Shown: one piece after another, positions 29,749-40,510 of the stretch
Layout of the letters: each line of letters opens with the position of its first letter
Numbering within the stretch: position 1 is the stretch's first letter
From: Calditrichia bacterium
Lineage (GTDB): Bacteria > Calditrichota > Calditrichia > JAJRVZ01
Assembly (NCBI GenBank): GCA_963777955.1
Contig: CAVZSQ010000017.1
Coordinates: 96,001 to 160,000 of the forward strand
Direction: 5' to 3'
DNA length: 64,000 bases
Translations under genes and position numbers: made by a program
The notes under the pieces: generated by a model
What the model was told of the DNA's origin: nothing
Databases searched by the model: none
The model's input: only the letters and a program-made list of their open reading frames with translations

Positions 29749-31425
29749 ATGAAGCGAAACAATATTACCCTGATCGCCCTGCTGCTGACCCTGCTCATGC
29801 TGAACACCGGTCTCAACCAGGTCCGGGCTGATGAAAATGAGTATTATATCAAAGTCCGCAAGGGGCTTACTTATTTTCAGAAAGTATACGAACGGGTGCA
29901 GGCCAATTATGTCGAAGAGATCGATCCCTATGCTTTTGTCAAAACCGGCATCGAAGGCATGCTGCAGGCCCTTGATCCTTACACGGTTTTTATCGAAGAA
30001 GACGAAGATGTCCGTTTAAAAATTCTAACCACCGGCAAGTATGGCGGGATCGGGATGGAAATAGGGATCCACAATAATAATATTACAATAATCAGTCCCC
30101 TGGATAATTCTCCCGCCCAGAAAGCGGGCATTCAGGCCGGAGATATAATTACTAAAATTAATAATGAGCCGGTACAGAATTCCACCACGGAAAGGATATC
30201 GAAACTATTACGCGGTCCGATCGGTACCACTGTGCAAATCACTATTCTGCGCCCGGGCTATGAAAACGAAATCACCCTGATCATTAAACGTGATGAAATT
30301 ATCATCGATGATGTAACCTATGCCGATTTTGTAAAACCAGGAGTCGCCTATGTACGGCTGACCAGTTTTACGGAAAAAGCGGCTTTTGAATTGGTCTCGG
30401 CCATCAAAGTATTGCAGCAGAAGGGGGTGATCACCTCATTTATACTTGACCTGCGCGGAAATTCGGGCGGATTACTGGAAGCCGCTGTTGATGTCGCCGG
30501 TATTTTCCTGCCCAAGGGTACCCTGGTAGTCACTACCAAAGGATTCCGCGATGGTAAAAATGAATTTTCGACCAAACATGATGCTGTCTTACCGGACGTA
30601 CCGATGGTAGTCATGGTTAATGAAGGTAGTGCCAGTGCCGCTGAAATTGTAGCGGGATGTTTACAGGATCTTGACCGTGCTATTATTATCGGCACCCGTA
30701 CTTTCGGCAAAGGCCTGGTGCAGCGCGTATACAATATTGATAAAAACAGCAGTACCAAGATAAAAATTACTACCGCAAAATACTATATCCCCAGCGGGCG
30801 CTGCGTTCAAAAACAGGACTATACAAAAGACAGTATGGTTTTCGTTACCAGTGCGGCCACTGACAGCACCACCCTCAATAAAAATATCCCTTTCTATACC
30901 AGCAATAAACGCATGGTTTATGAAGACGGGGGTATCACCCCCGACCGCTATATTGAAGACAGTACGGTCGATTACCTGATTACCGAACTGTGGCGCCAGA
31001 GTCAGACCTTTAATTTCACCGTTCAATATCAAAAAACCCACCCGGAACTAAAAAATAATTTCCAGGTTGATGATAAAGTGTTCGATCAGTTCATGTCCTA
31101 TCTCGATGATCATAAATTCACCTACCAGATTGAGGGTGAAAACGAACTGAAAAAATTCATAACCATTTCGCAACAAAATAATTTTTCAAAAGATATTGTC
31201 CAGCAAACCGAGGCCTTAATTGCAAAACTGAATTCTTTAAAAAGAACGAATCTGCAGAATCATCGCCTGGAGATAACCCGCATGCTGCTCGATGAACTGG
31301 CAGAAAAGTATTTTGGTACCAATGAAAAAATACGCTATACCCTGGTGAACGATCAGCAACTGCCTAGCGCCATTGACATCGTACTGAATAATTCAGAATA
31401 CAAAAAGATATTAGCCATTAAATGA
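29749..31425 (+). CDS. C-terminal processing protease, S41A (PDZ)
   Basis: 'LDLRGNSGGLL', 'SASAAEIV', 'TFGKGLVQ'. Confidence 0.93.
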   Translation: MKRNNITLIALLLTLLMLNTGLNQVRADENEYYIKVRKGLTYFQKVYERVQANYVEEIDPYAFVKTGIEGMLQALDPYTVFIEEDEDVRLKILTTGKYGGIGMEIGIHNNNITIISPLDNSPAQKAGIQAGDIITKINNEPVQNSTTERISKLLRGPIGTTVQITILRPGYENEITLIIKRDEIIIDDVTYADFVKPGVAYVRLTSFTEKAAFELVSAIKVLQQKGVITSFILDLRGNSGGLLEAAVDVAGIFLPKGTLVVTTKGFRDGKNEFSTKHDAVLPDVPMVVMVNEGSASAAEIVAGCLQDLDRAIIIGTRTFGKGLVQRVYNIDKNSSTKIKITTAKYYIPSGRCVQKQDYTKDSMVFVTSAATDSTTLNKNIPFYTSNKRMVYEDGGITPDRYIEDSTVDYLITELWRQSQTFNFTVQYQKTHPELKNNFQVDDKVFDQFMSYLDDHKFTYQIEGENELKKFITISQQNNFSKDIVQQTEALIAKLNSLKRTNLQNHRLEITRMLLDELAEKYFGTNEKIRYTLVNDQQLPSAIDIVLNNSEYKKILAIK

Positions 31426-32831
31426 CCAAATCTATAAAGCTTTCCGACCAGACCCGCGACCTTTTTAAACGCCTCAATCAGGTTGGCCGGGAGAATCAAC
31501 TGAAAATATACCTGGTGGGAGGATACCTGCGTGATTTGTTGCTGGGTCAGGAAGGTAAAGATATAGATTTTGTCGTGCTGGGGGATGCGATTACCTTCGC
31601 TGAAAATTTTCGCAGGAAAAATTTAACTACCGAACTGGTGGTATATCCTAAATTCGGAACCTGCATGCTGCAGCTCGATGCATATAAACTGGAGTTTGTC
31701 TCAGCCAGAGCAGAACAGTACAGCAATAATTCGAGAAAACCACAGGTATATCCGGCGGATTTAAATGCCGATCTGAGCCGGCGTGATTTCACCATCAATA
31801 CCATGGCTGTAGATCTGGCCGACGAATCTTTCAACCAGATCATCGATCCGTTTCAGGGCAAACAGGATCTGAAAAAAGGAATTATACGTACCCCCCTGCA
31901 GCCGCAACAGACATTTAATGACGACCCGTTGCGCATGATGCGGGCCATCCGCTTCGCCACACAATTGTCATTCACCATAGAATCCGATACGCTGCAGGGA
32001 ATCAAAGATTGCGCCGACCGGTTAAAGATCATTTCCCAGGAGAGAATAACCGACGAATTCAACAAGATCCTGCTGACCTTCAAGCCGTCGCTGGGTATCG
32101 AACTGCTGGATAGTTGTAATCTGCTGCCTGTGTTTCTCCCTGAATTGATCGCCACCAAGGGGGTGGAACAGCGCCGCGATTATCACCATAAAGATGTATT
32201 TTATCATACACTGCAGGTGCTGGATAAAATTGCCAGGAAATCGGATAAACTGCCATTACGCCTGGCTGCCCTTTTCCATGACATTGCCAAACCGGCCACT
32301 AAAAGATTCGACGATGTAAACGGCTGGACTTTCCACGGTCATGAAGTAATCGGTGAAAAAATGGTCGCTGTTATTTTGTCCCGCTTGAAATACTCCAATG
32401 AAATAATAGACTATGTTAAAAAAATAATCCGTTTGCATCTGCGTCCGATGGCCCTGGTCAGCGACGATGTCACCGACTCGGCCATTCGTCGCCTGTTGTT
32501 TAATGCCGGTAACGAGTTCGATGATTTGATGGAACTTTGCCGGGCGGATATAACCTCTAAAAATCCGGCAAAATTAAAACATCACCTGGAAAATTACGGC
32601 CGGGTACTGGTCAAGGCCACTGACCTGGAACAACGGGATAAACTGCGCGTATTTAAAAGTCCGGTTGATGGGATTGAAATAATGCAAAAATTGAATTTAA
32701 AACCCGGTCCGCAGGTCGGTATAATAAAAAAATTCATCGAGGAAGCCATACTGGAAGGTATTATCCCCAACGATCACGATGCTGCCTTAAATTATCTGCT
32801 GGATAATAAAGAGAAACTGCCCGGGACTTAG
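31422..32831 (+). CDS. cca: CCA-adding tRNA nucleotidyltransferase (HD domain)
   Basis: 'VGGYLRD', 'DIDF', 'RRDFTIN', 'DDPLRMMRA', 'HDIAK'. Confidence 0.9.
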   Translation: MTKSIKLSDQTRDLFKRLNQVGRENQLKIYLVGGYLRDLLLGQEGKDIDFVVLGDAITFAENFRRKNLTTELVVYPKFGTCMLQLDAYKLEFVSARAEQYSNNSRKPQVYPADLNADLSRRDFTINTMAVDLADESFNQIIDPFQGKQDLKKGIIRTPLQPQQTFNDDPLRMMRAIRFATQLSFTIESDTLQGIKDCADRLKIISQERITDEFNKILLTFKPSLGIELLDSCNLLPVFLPELIATKGVEQRRDYHHKDVFYHTLQVLDKIARKSDKLPLRLAALFHDIAKPATKRFDDVNGWTFHGHEVIGEKMVAVILSRLKYSNEIIDYVKKIIRLHLRPMALVSDDVTDSAIRRLLFNAGNEFDDLMELCRADITSKNPAKLKHHLENYGRVLVKATDLEQRDKLRVFKSPVDGIEIMQKLNLKPGPQVGIIKKFIEEAILEGIIPNDHDAALNYLLDNKEKLPGT

Positions 32832-32863
32832 TCGGGTAATAAATTTTAATCTGTTCCTGCTGC

Positions 32864-33769
32864 ATGCTGACCGTAAAAAAAAATTTATACAAGCAAGCGG
32901 ATATTTTTAAGTGCGTGCATGATGTCCACCTGCATTTCAAGGCGCAGATGTCCCCCTATCATATTTTAATCGAAAAAAAGTGTTACCCGCACGGCTGTAT
33001 ATATTTCCACTGGAAATGTAAATTGCTGGCCAAACAGCATAAATGCTTCCGCAATTTTACAAAAGTTGGTAAAGAATGCTTCAATTGCCGATATTTTTAC
33101 GAAGAAAAGATCCACCAGTATCCGGAATTCCTGGCACCGGCGGCTGATTCGGCCGGGTTTATGCAAAATTTCGAGGATTTCGACGAATGGGTACAGCAAC
33201 TGAAAAACAAGCGGGTGCTTTGCGAAGGGACTGTCAGTGAAGTTAAACCCGACTTCGTCCTTAAAAAACATGACCAGCACTACCAACTGATCCTGCATGG
33301 TTACCTGGTTTCCTTCCCGGAGGGATATATAGATAACCAGTTTTTCGAGGATAGATTTTATCTGAGCATTTCTGCTATTACGCAGAAAAAACTGCTGTTG
33401 CGTACTGATGATATAATGGAATTTGAAGCCAGCTTGATTCTGGATCGCGGCCGGTTTAAGTTCAGCAAATCCGGCAGTTTTCATTTCCAGCAGCGCGGCA
33501 GCACAGATTCACTGCAGCAAGCGGACCCGCTGACACAAAAGATTTTCACCATTCACCCGGAACAACCGGCCCAGTGTCTGAACTGCCGCTATGGTACGCT
33601 GGTCGATATTGAGACAGCGGATCCCGGTCCCAAAAGAACGGTGATCTGCCTTCAGGGCATTCCCGAATATAAAAATTGTCCGGTATATACAATGCCAGCT
33701 CTGCATGAACATTCGGACCGTTGTGCCAATACGACCTGGAATGATTTTAAATGCCGCCATCTTTTATAG
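32864..33769 (+). CDS. Cys-rich hypothetical protein
   Basis: Intact 301-aa ORF in operon context, Cys clusters at both ends. Confidence 0.7.
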   Translation: MLTVKKNLYKQADIFKCVHDVHLHFKAQMSPYHILIEKKCYPHGCIYFHWKCKLLAKQHKCFRNFTKVGKECFNCRYFYEEKIHQYPEFLAPAADSAGFMQNFEDFDEWVQQLKNKRVLCEGTVSEVKPDFVLKKHDQHYQLILHGYLVSFPEGYIDNQFFEDRFYLSISAITQKKLLLRTDDIMEFEASLILDRGRFKFSKSGSFHFQQRGSTDSLQQADPLTQKIFTIHPEQPAQCLNCRYGTLVDIETADPGPKRTVICLQGIPEYKNCPVYTMPALHEHSDRCANTTWNDFKCRHLL

Positions 33770-33789
33770 ATAAGCCCATATATTAAACT

Positions 33790-34263
33790 ATGCTCTATTC
33801 GCTCAACCGCAGATGGAATTGGGGTATTTTCGTTTTTCTGGTGATCTGGATCGCTTTGATCATGCTGGCCCCTTTTTTATCCGCCGCGCCATCTCCGACC
33901 ATGCGTAAATTATCTCATTATATATACCTGTTGTTCAAACCAACCTGTCATCAGTTGCCTGCCCGCTCGTTTCACTGGGGTTTTTATCCTTTTGCTGTCT
34001 GTATCAGATGTTTTACTTTTTATGCTGCCGGCCTGATCATTGGCGGTTTTTATCTTTTTCGCACTGAAATAAAAATGCTGCCGCTGAGAATTTACCTGTT
34101 ATTGGCCGCGCCATTATTAATTGATTTTCTACTGGAAAAATTGAATCTCTATAGCGATCTTTGGATCGTACGTCTGACGACCGGTTTTATGGCCGGATTA
34201 GTATTTTTCCACCTGTTATTGTTAGCTGTAAGCGAGAAAAAGTATGCACAACAAGATGGCTAA
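33790..34263 (+). CDS. DUF2085 membrane protein
   Basis: 'CHQLPARSF...VCIRC'. Confidence 0.85.
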   Translation: MLYSLNRRWNWGIFVFLVIWIALIMLAPFLSAAPSPTMRKLSHYIYLLFKPTCHQLPARSFHWGFYPFAVCIRCFTFYAAGLIIGGFYLFRTEIKMLPLRIYLLLAAPLLIDFLLEKLNLYSDLWIVRLTTGFMAGLVFFHLLLLAVSEKKYAQQDG

Positions 34264-34270
34264 TTAGATA

Positions 34271-34738
34271 ATGGAAAACCGTAATATTCTGTTGGCGGGA
34301 TTCATCGGCGGATCCGTTACCGCTATTTTTAGTTCAATTCCTTATCTCAATTTTATCAATTGTTTTTGCTGTATCGGCATTATGCTGGGAGGTGCTACTG
34401 CTTTAGTGTCGTATAACCGTCTGAGCGCTGCCATAAATGATATAAGTATGCCTCTGGCCATAACCATCGGTATTACTGCCGGATTAATGGGGGCTTTTCT
34501 ATCTTTATTGCTCAGCTGGATTGTATACCTGCAATTAGGACACTGGGATATCCGTATGCTCCAATCCATGGTAGAACAGATGGAAGAAGTGCCGCAGCAG
34601 CTTGAAGAGGCATTGCAACTGCTGGAAGACAGAGCGGCCAGGGGATTCGACTGGGCCCCCACGCTATTTTCAAACCTGCTGATGTTCCCGCTCTTCTGTC
34701 TGGCGGGAGTCTTTGCTGACCCGCTTGTATCTGAATAA
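34271..34738 (+). CDS. Membrane hypothetical protein (3' end possibly frameshifted)
   Basis: 'IPYLNFINCFCC', several TM segments. Confidence 0.7.
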   Translation: MENRNILLAGFIGGSVTAIFSSIPYLNFINCFCCIGIMLGGATALVSYNRLSAAINDISMPLAITIGITAGLMGAFLSLLLSWIVYLQLGHWDIRMLQSMVEQMEEVPQQLEEALQLLEDRAARGFDWAPTLFSNLLMFPLFCLAGVFADPLVSE

Positions 34739-34793
34739 AAAAATTTCCGCCGGCACGGGTCCAAAGTACGAGTAAGCAGCAACTACTTTGAAT

Positions 34794-35306
34794 CTATTCT
34801 AATTCCAGCAGTACGTTTTTCCACAGATATTCTTTATTCTTCTGGGTGACTTGCAGGACCGACACATCTTTCCGGTTTTTCAGGCGAAACATATCCGGAA
34901 TTTCCGACCCGGCCAGGGTGGCAATCAGGGGAATCGGTGAGTTCATGATCTGTTTAACCTGTTCACAAAATTTTCTGGACAGGCACTCCATTCTGCCGAT
35001 TTCATCAATGATAAACAGGTCCACTTCTTTAGCGATCTCTAATTGCGGTAAAACCAGTTTTTCAAATCCTTCGACATTTATACCGAATCCGGCCATGCGG
35101 TGCGGCCCCTCGATGTATACATGTCCCAGGATCTGATCTCTTAACTCCATCGTGACTACCCGGAATCCTTTGCATACATTATTTTCAATAATTTCTTCTT
35201 TAAAAAATCCCCGGACGATCAAAGGACCCAGATCCTTGATCAGACGTTTAATCAATGATGTTTTACCAATCCCGGGCGGGCCGGTGATAAATATATTCTT
35301 GGTCAT
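34794..35306 (-). CDS. THEP1/NTPCR-like nucleoside-triphosphatase
   Basis: 'ITGPPGIGKT', 'IIDEIGRME'. Confidence 0.9.
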   Translation of the reverse strand: MTKNIFITGPPGIGKTSLIKRLIKDLGPLIVRGFFKEEIIENNVCKGFRVVTMELRDQILGHVYIEGPHRMAGFGINVEGFEKLVLPQLEIAKEVDLFIIDEIGRMECLSRKFCEQVKQIMNSPIPLIATLAGSEIPDMFRLKNRKDVSVLQVTQKNKEYLWKNVLLELE

Positions 35307-35491
35307 TATCCTGTACTTTACAACTCGTCTATTCCTTAACGGAAATTAAAAAAATCAATTTGGCAAGACAAGTAATAATTGCTAATCCATAAGAAATTAT
35401 CTTATTATGTTAAATGGGTATTTACCGGGAGGTTATTATGGCCACTTAGACCATATTGCATCATTTAAAGCGGTAAAGTATATTCTGGTTT

Positions 35492-36082
35492 ATGGATGAG
35501 AATAAGATTACATCCCTTTCCCCGTTATTTATGCGTTTCTATGCCCGCTGCCTGGCCTATCCCTATGCCGAACAGCAGTATGAATTGCAGCATCTGTTCC
35601 GGGTGATGGAAAATGAACCCATCTCCGCTGAGGAGAGCGAACATCTGGAAGCGATACTCAGCATTATCAATCAATACCAGGGTCAGGAAATTAAAATCCT
35701 GCGTGAAGATTTTGTCATGACCTTCACCAAGACATACTCCGGGCAAAGTTATTGTCCCCTGCTGGCCGGTGAGTTTACCTCCAGCCATAAAATACCCTAC
35801 GATTCTGAACCTGTACTGGAATTATTTTTAGAGAATGGACTTTCCGTGGAAGCCGATGAGTCTTTTGATTCGATAATCAACTATCTGGAATACCTGTCCA
35901 TGTTATACGAGCAATTCCTGGCCAGGGAGATTGACCTGGCTGCGCTGGAAGAATTTGTCAACGGGCATGTGCTGAATTGGATTCCACTATTCTGTCAGCA
36001 GGTACAGCAACAATCCAATCTGGAATTTTACAAGGAAGCGGCTGCAGGGCTCCATTTATTACTGCTCTGGCTCAGTGTATAG
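35492..36082 (+). CDS. TorD/DmsD-family chaperone-like protein
   Basis: 'E.FDSI...LEYLS.L', 'EF...HVLNWIP.F', 'FYK'. Confidence 0.7.
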   Translation: MDENKITSLSPLFMRFYARCLAYPYAEQQYELQHLFRVMENEPISAEESEHLEAILSIINQYQGQEIKILREDFVMTFTKTYSGQSYCPLLAGEFTSSHKIPYDSEPVLELFLENGLSVEADESFDSIINYLEYLSMLYEQFLAREIDLAALEEFVNGHVLNWIPLFCQQVQQQSNLEFYKEAAAGLHLLLLWLSV

Positions 36083-36100
36083 TTTATAGAAGGCATAACA

Positions 36101-36349
36101 CTTAGTACAAGTACCTGAGTCCCTTAGTTCCTGTAGTCCCTTAGTCCCTAAGTTATCTTTGCGACCTTTGCGGTAAAAAATAGAAAAAACAAACGCAAAG
36201 GACGCTGAGGAAAGCGCAAAGATCGCAAAGAAAATATTATTTGTTTAGAATAGATCCCGGGTCCTGTCTGCGCCAGGTCTTCGACATGCCCGGGATGACA
36301 ATGCATAGGTATTACTTAGGGACTCAGGTACTAAGGTACTCAGGTACTT
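36101..36349. repeat. Nested intergenic repeat cluster between convergent genes
   Basis: Outer inverted arms of ~8-bp units, inner CTTTGCG/CGCAAAG units and a REP-like GATCCCGGG...CCCGGGATGAC. Confidence 0.75.
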
Positions 36350-36368
36350 CTCTTTACACTTATATAAA

Positions 36369-36851
36369 TTACTCCCCCCGCTTCACCGCTCTATAATGCT
36401 TATATATCAAATATCCCCCCACCGCTATCAGAATCAACGACCAGTATTTTAAGATATGATTCAGACCGAGCAGGAACACCAGGCCCAAACCCACCATAAT
36501 CGCCGCCGGTATCAACAATCCTTTTTCTTTTTCGCCGAACTGGTACATCAAATAGAATCCCAGACCGGGCCCCATCAAAAAGACCGGCCACAGGTCATTC
36601 ATGTTCTCCCAGCCGGTAATCGTACAGTATAAGAATAACAGGCCAAACACCACTAATATTGTGGCCGGCAGCAGCAATCCGTAATTTTTTTTGTTTTTAA
36701 AATAACCCAGGGCAAAGGCTATACCGGCCAAAATTAACAATCCCGGCCAGATACTGGGAAAATCCAGGGCAATATAGTCTAAATTATCGGCCAGAAAGAT
36801 CAGGCCCAGGCAGACCAGTACCAAACCTAAAATAAAATCTGATGTTTTCAT
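36369..36851 (-). CDS. LiaF/DUF5668-like membrane protein
   Basis: Repeated 'WP..LI..G' TM motifs. Confidence 0.7.
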   Translation of the reverse strand: MKTSDFILGLVLVCLGLIFLADNLDYIALDFPSIWPGLLILAGIAFALGYFKNKKNYGLLLPATILVVFGLLFLYCTITGWENMNDLWPVFLMGPGLGFYLMYQFGEKEKGLLIPAAIMVGLGLVFLLGLNHILKYWSLILIAVGGYLIYKHYRAVKRGE

Positions 36852-37106
36852 GTTTAACCTCTGTTAACCTCTGAGTTTTATTACGTAAATCCCATTATTT
36901 TGTTCGATAAATAGATTTTCCTGACTATAAGTAAGCCCCCAGGCAGTTTATAATTTAAAAAACTGGTTCAGATCGGGCAAGGATTAAGCAGATTTGATCA
37001 TAAATATAAAATATTAACTCTTTCAAAATATTAAACGTATTCTTATATTCATAAATTATCGCTCGACATCAGACAATAAATCATAATAGAAAATGAGGGA
37101 GTACAC

Positions 37107-38189
37107 ATGGAAAAACGTATTTTTACTTTTAATCCCGGCCCTGCTGCCTTACCATTGCCTGTCTTAAAAGAAGCCAAAAAAGACCTGATCAGTTATCAGG
37201 GCGAAGGTCTCTCTGTCCTGGAAATGAGCCACCGCGGGAAAACCTTTGAAACCATAATCAAGCAAGCCGAAGCCTTATTACGGGAAGTAATGGGCATTCC
37301 CACTAGTTATAAAGTGCTCTTTGTGCAAGGCGGTGCCACCCTGCAGTTTGCTGCAGTGCCGCTGAATCTTATTGCCGAAAATCAAAGCGCTGATTACGTC
37401 ATAACCGGTTCCTGGGCTAAAAATGCCTTCAAAGAAGCCCAAAAACTGAATAAAAAAGTCAGAGCCGTGGCCAGTTCCGAAAGTTCCAATTTTGATCATA
37501 TACCCAGGGATCTCTCTTTTGATTCCAATGCAGCTTATGTTCATATCACTTCAAATAATACCATTTTTGGTACCGAATGGCATAAATTTCCAAAAACCGG
37601 CGCTATCCCCCTGGTTTGTGATATGTCATCCGACATCGCCTGCCGGCCGGTGGATGTAAGTAAATTTGCCCTGATCTATGCCGGGGCCCAGAAAAACCTG
37701 GGTCCGGCGGGTGTAACCATCGTAATCGTCCGCGAGGATATGTTGAGCAGAAGCCCGGAAAATATTCCGACCCTCATGAATTATAAAATTATGGCCGAAA
37801 AAGAATCGTTGTACAATACCCCCCCGACTTTCTCCATATATATAATGAAACTGGTCCTGGAATGGATCAAAAATTCAGGCGGACTGGAAAAAATCGGTAA
37901 AATTAACAAACGCAAAGCCAATATGATTTATAAAATCATCGACGCCAGCGGATTCTACCGTGGCACTGTACAAAAAGCCGACCGCTCCTGGATGAACGTT
38001 ACTTTCAGATTACCCTCGGAAGAACTTGAGAATAAATTTGTGAGTGAAGCCAAGGAACTGAACATGATCGGTCTGAAAGGTCACCGTTCGGTCGGCGGCA
38101 TCCGGGCCAGTCTTTATAATGCCGTAACACCCAAGGCGGTAAAAGCCCTGGCTAATTTCATGCAGGAATTTGAAAAAAAGAACAGCTGA
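37107..38189 (+). CDS. serC: Phosphoserine aminotransferase
   Basis: 'FNPGPAALP', 'EMSHR', 'YAGAQKNLGP', 'GHRSVGG'. Confidence 0.96.
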   Translation: MEKRIFTFNPGPAALPLPVLKEAKKDLISYQGEGLSVLEMSHRGKTFETIIKQAEALLREVMGIPTSYKVLFVQGGATLQFAAVPLNLIAENQSADYVITGSWAKNAFKEAQKLNKKVRAVASSESSNFDHIPRDLSFDSNAAYVHITSNNTIFGTEWHKFPKTGAIPLVCDMSSDIACRPVDVSKFALIYAGAQKNLGPAGVTIVIVREDMLSRSPENIPTLMNYKIMAEKESLYNTPPTFSIYIMKLVLEWIKNSGGLEKIGKINKRKANMIYKIIDASGFYRGTVQKADRSWMNVTFRLPSEELENKFVSEAKELNMIGLKGHRSVGGIRASLYNAVTPKAVKALANFMQEFEKKNS

Positions 38190-38523
38190 GAATCGGACAC
38201 TTTATTCCAGAATATATTCGGCAGTAAAAGCCGTTCCACCGGGTAAAGTCCTGACCTATGGGCAGATTGCCAAATATGCCGGCGTGGGGAAGAATTACCG
38301 GTTGATCGGATATGCCTTGCATAATTTGCCTGATCATTCCAACATTCCCTGGCAGCGGGTGGTTAACCGTTTTGGCAAAATTTCTTATAACCCCACACGC
38401 GGCGGCTGTGATCACCTGCAAAAAGTTCTGCTGGAACAGGAAGGGGTTGAATTTGATCTGGCTGAGAGAATCAACCTGGTTAAATTTGGTTATCGAAAAG
38501 CGAAAAAAAATTATAATTTTTAA
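38170..38523 (+). CDS. Alkyltransferase-like (ATL/YbaZ, MGMT family) protein
   Basis: 'GKVLTYGQIA', 'PWQRVVN' (Trp in place of the catalytic Cys). Confidence 0.88.
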   Translation: MKKRTAENRTLYSRIYSAVKAVPPGKVLTYGQIAKYAGVGKNYRLIGYALHNLPDHSNIPWQRVVNRFGKISYNPTRGGCDHLQKVLLEQEGVEFDLAERINLVKFGYRKAKKNYNF

Positions 38524-38566
38524 TACCCGATGTTGAATAATATCAAATAATTGGAGATTTGTTCTC

Positions 38567-39553
38567 ATGGATGAAAAAAATAGTTTCAATATTGAGCAAC
38601 TTAAAATCCCGGAGAATTTTCCTAAAATCATCCGGTACGGATTTATCTCTGTCATTGTGCTGATTTTTCTTTTTTCTTCCTTTTTCACCATCAGCCAGGA
38701 TGAAGTAGGGGTAATACTTCGATTTGGCAGATTTTCCCATCTGGCTAATCCCGGGTTGAATTTTAAACTGCCCTTTGGTATCGATAAACTGACCAAAGTC
38801 CCGGTATTGCGTCAACAAAAGGAAGAGTTTGGATTTCGGACTGCGGAATCGGATATCAGAAGCCGTTATGAAGAGAAAAGTTTTCTGTCGGAATCACTCA
38901 TGCTGACCGGTGATTTAAATGCTGCTGAAGTCGAATGGATAATTCAGTACCGGATTGAGGATCCTTATAAATACTTGTTCAAGGTGCGCGATACCTGGCA
39001 AACTTTTCGGGCCATGACTGAAGCTGTGATGCGCGAAGTAGTAGGAGATCGTACAGTCAACGAGGTCCTGACCATTGGGCGTCAGGAAATCAGCGTCGCC
39101 GTGCAAATTAAACTGCAGGAATTATGTCATCAATATGAAACCGGAATTAAAGTCGACCAGGTGGTTTTGCAGGATGTAAATCCACCTGAACGTGTAAAAT
39201 CTTCTTTTAATGAAGTTAATGAAGCACAGCAGGAGCGGGAAAAACTGATTAATCAGGCCCGGTCTGAATTTAATAAAGTAATTCCGCGGGCCAGCGGTGA
39301 AGCCGAAATGATGATTCAGGAAGCACAGGGCTACGCCCTGGAGAGAGTCAACAGAGCAAAAGGGGAGGCCAACCGTTTTAACTCGATTTTTAACGAATAT
39401 CGCCTGGCTAAAGAGGTAACCAGACAGCGTATTTATCTGGAAACTATGAATTCCATCTTACCCAAGGTCGGCAAGAAATTGATTGTCGATGAAGAGATCA
39501 AGGGTCTGTATCCTCTCCTGGATTTAAAGAAGGAGACCGGCAATGAGAAATAA
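38567..39553 (+). CDS. hflK: FtsH modulator HflK
   Basis: SPFH domain, 'MLTGDLN', 'QDVNPP', 'RQRIYLETM'. Confidence 0.93.
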   Translation: MDEKNSFNIEQLKIPENFPKIIRYGFISVIVLIFLFSSFFTISQDEVGVILRFGRFSHLANPGLNFKLPFGIDKLTKVPVLRQQKEEFGFRTAESDIRSRYEEKSFLSESLMLTGDLNAAEVEWIIQYRIEDPYKYLFKVRDTWQTFRAMTEAVMREVVGDRTVNEVLTIGRQEISVAVQIKLQELCHQYETGIKVDQVVLQDVNPPERVKSSFNEVNEAQQEREKLINQARSEFNKVIPRASGEAEMMIQEAQGYALERVNRAKGEANRFNSIFNEYRLAKEVTRQRIYLETMNSILPKVGKKLIVDEEIKGLYPLLDLKKETGNEK

Positions 39554-40496
39554 TACACTTATATTCTGGAGCATACTCTCTCTGCTATTGGTAATTTTTA
39601 TATTTTCGACAACCTTTATTGTTACCGAAAACGACCAGGTAATTGTCACCCGCTTCGGTAAACCCGTTCGTGATCCGATTACCTCTCCCGGCATTAAATT
39701 CAAGCTGCCCCTTGTCGAAGAAGCGAATTTTTTCGAAAAACGGTTTCTGGAGTGGGATGGAGATCCTAATCAGGTTCCCACTAAGGATAAACGATTCATC
39801 TGGGTCGATGCTTATGCCCGTTGGCGTATTGCTGATGTCCTGTTATTTTTCCAGCGCTTGACCGATGAACGCAGCGCCCAATCCCGTTTAGCTGACATTC
39901 TCGATGGGGAAACCAGAACTGCCGTCGCTAATCATGACCTGGATGAAGTAGTACGTTCCACAAATCGGACACCCGTCTCCGATCCGGATCTTATAGGATC
40001 GGATGAGGCGGATTCTCTGAAAACAATTAAAACCGGCCGGGAAAAAATTACCCGGGAAATTTTATCCGCAGCAGCAGCAAGAGTAAAAGATCTGGGAATC
40101 GAATTGCTGGACCTGCGCTTCAGACGTATCGATTATGTCGATGAAGTCCGTGAAAAGGTCTATGACCGTATGATCAGCGAAAGAAAACGGATAGCCGACC
40201 GGTTCCGCTCTGAAGGTCAGGGCGAGGCTTCCAAGATTCTGGGCGAAAAAGAAAGGGAATTAAAACGGATCACATCCGGTGCCTATCGGGAATCTCAGGA
40301 AATAGTCGGTCGGGCTGATGGCGAAGCGACTAAAATTTATGCCAATGCTTTTAACCGCAGTGATGAAACCCGGGAATTTTACCGTTTTCTAAAAACTATG
40401 GAAAGTTATGATTCTACCTTTACGGCAAACGACTGGTTAATTATTTCCAGTAAAAGTGATTTCTTTAAATTTCTTAAATCACCGGCTGGACGTTAA
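39543..40496 (+). CDS. hflC: FtsH modulator HflC
   Basis: 'TKDKRFI.VD.YARWRI', 'YDRMISER', 'FYRFLK'. Confidence 0.93.
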   Translation: MRNNTLIFWSILSLLLVIFIFSTTFIVTENDQVIVTRFGKPVRDPITSPGIKFKLPLVEEANFFEKRFLEWDGDPNQVPTKDKRFIWVDAYARWRIADVLLFFQRLTDERSAQSRLADILDGETRTAVANHDLDEVVRSTNRTPVSDPDLIGSDEADSLKTIKTGREKITREILSAAAARVKDLGIELLDLRFRRIDYVDEVREKVYDRMISERKRIADRFRSEGQGEASKILGEKERELKRITSGAYRESQEIVGRADGEATKIYANAFNRSDETREFYRFLKTMESYDSTFTANDWLIISSKSDFFKFLKSPAGR

Positions 40497-40510
40497 AATT
40501 CAGGCCAGTA

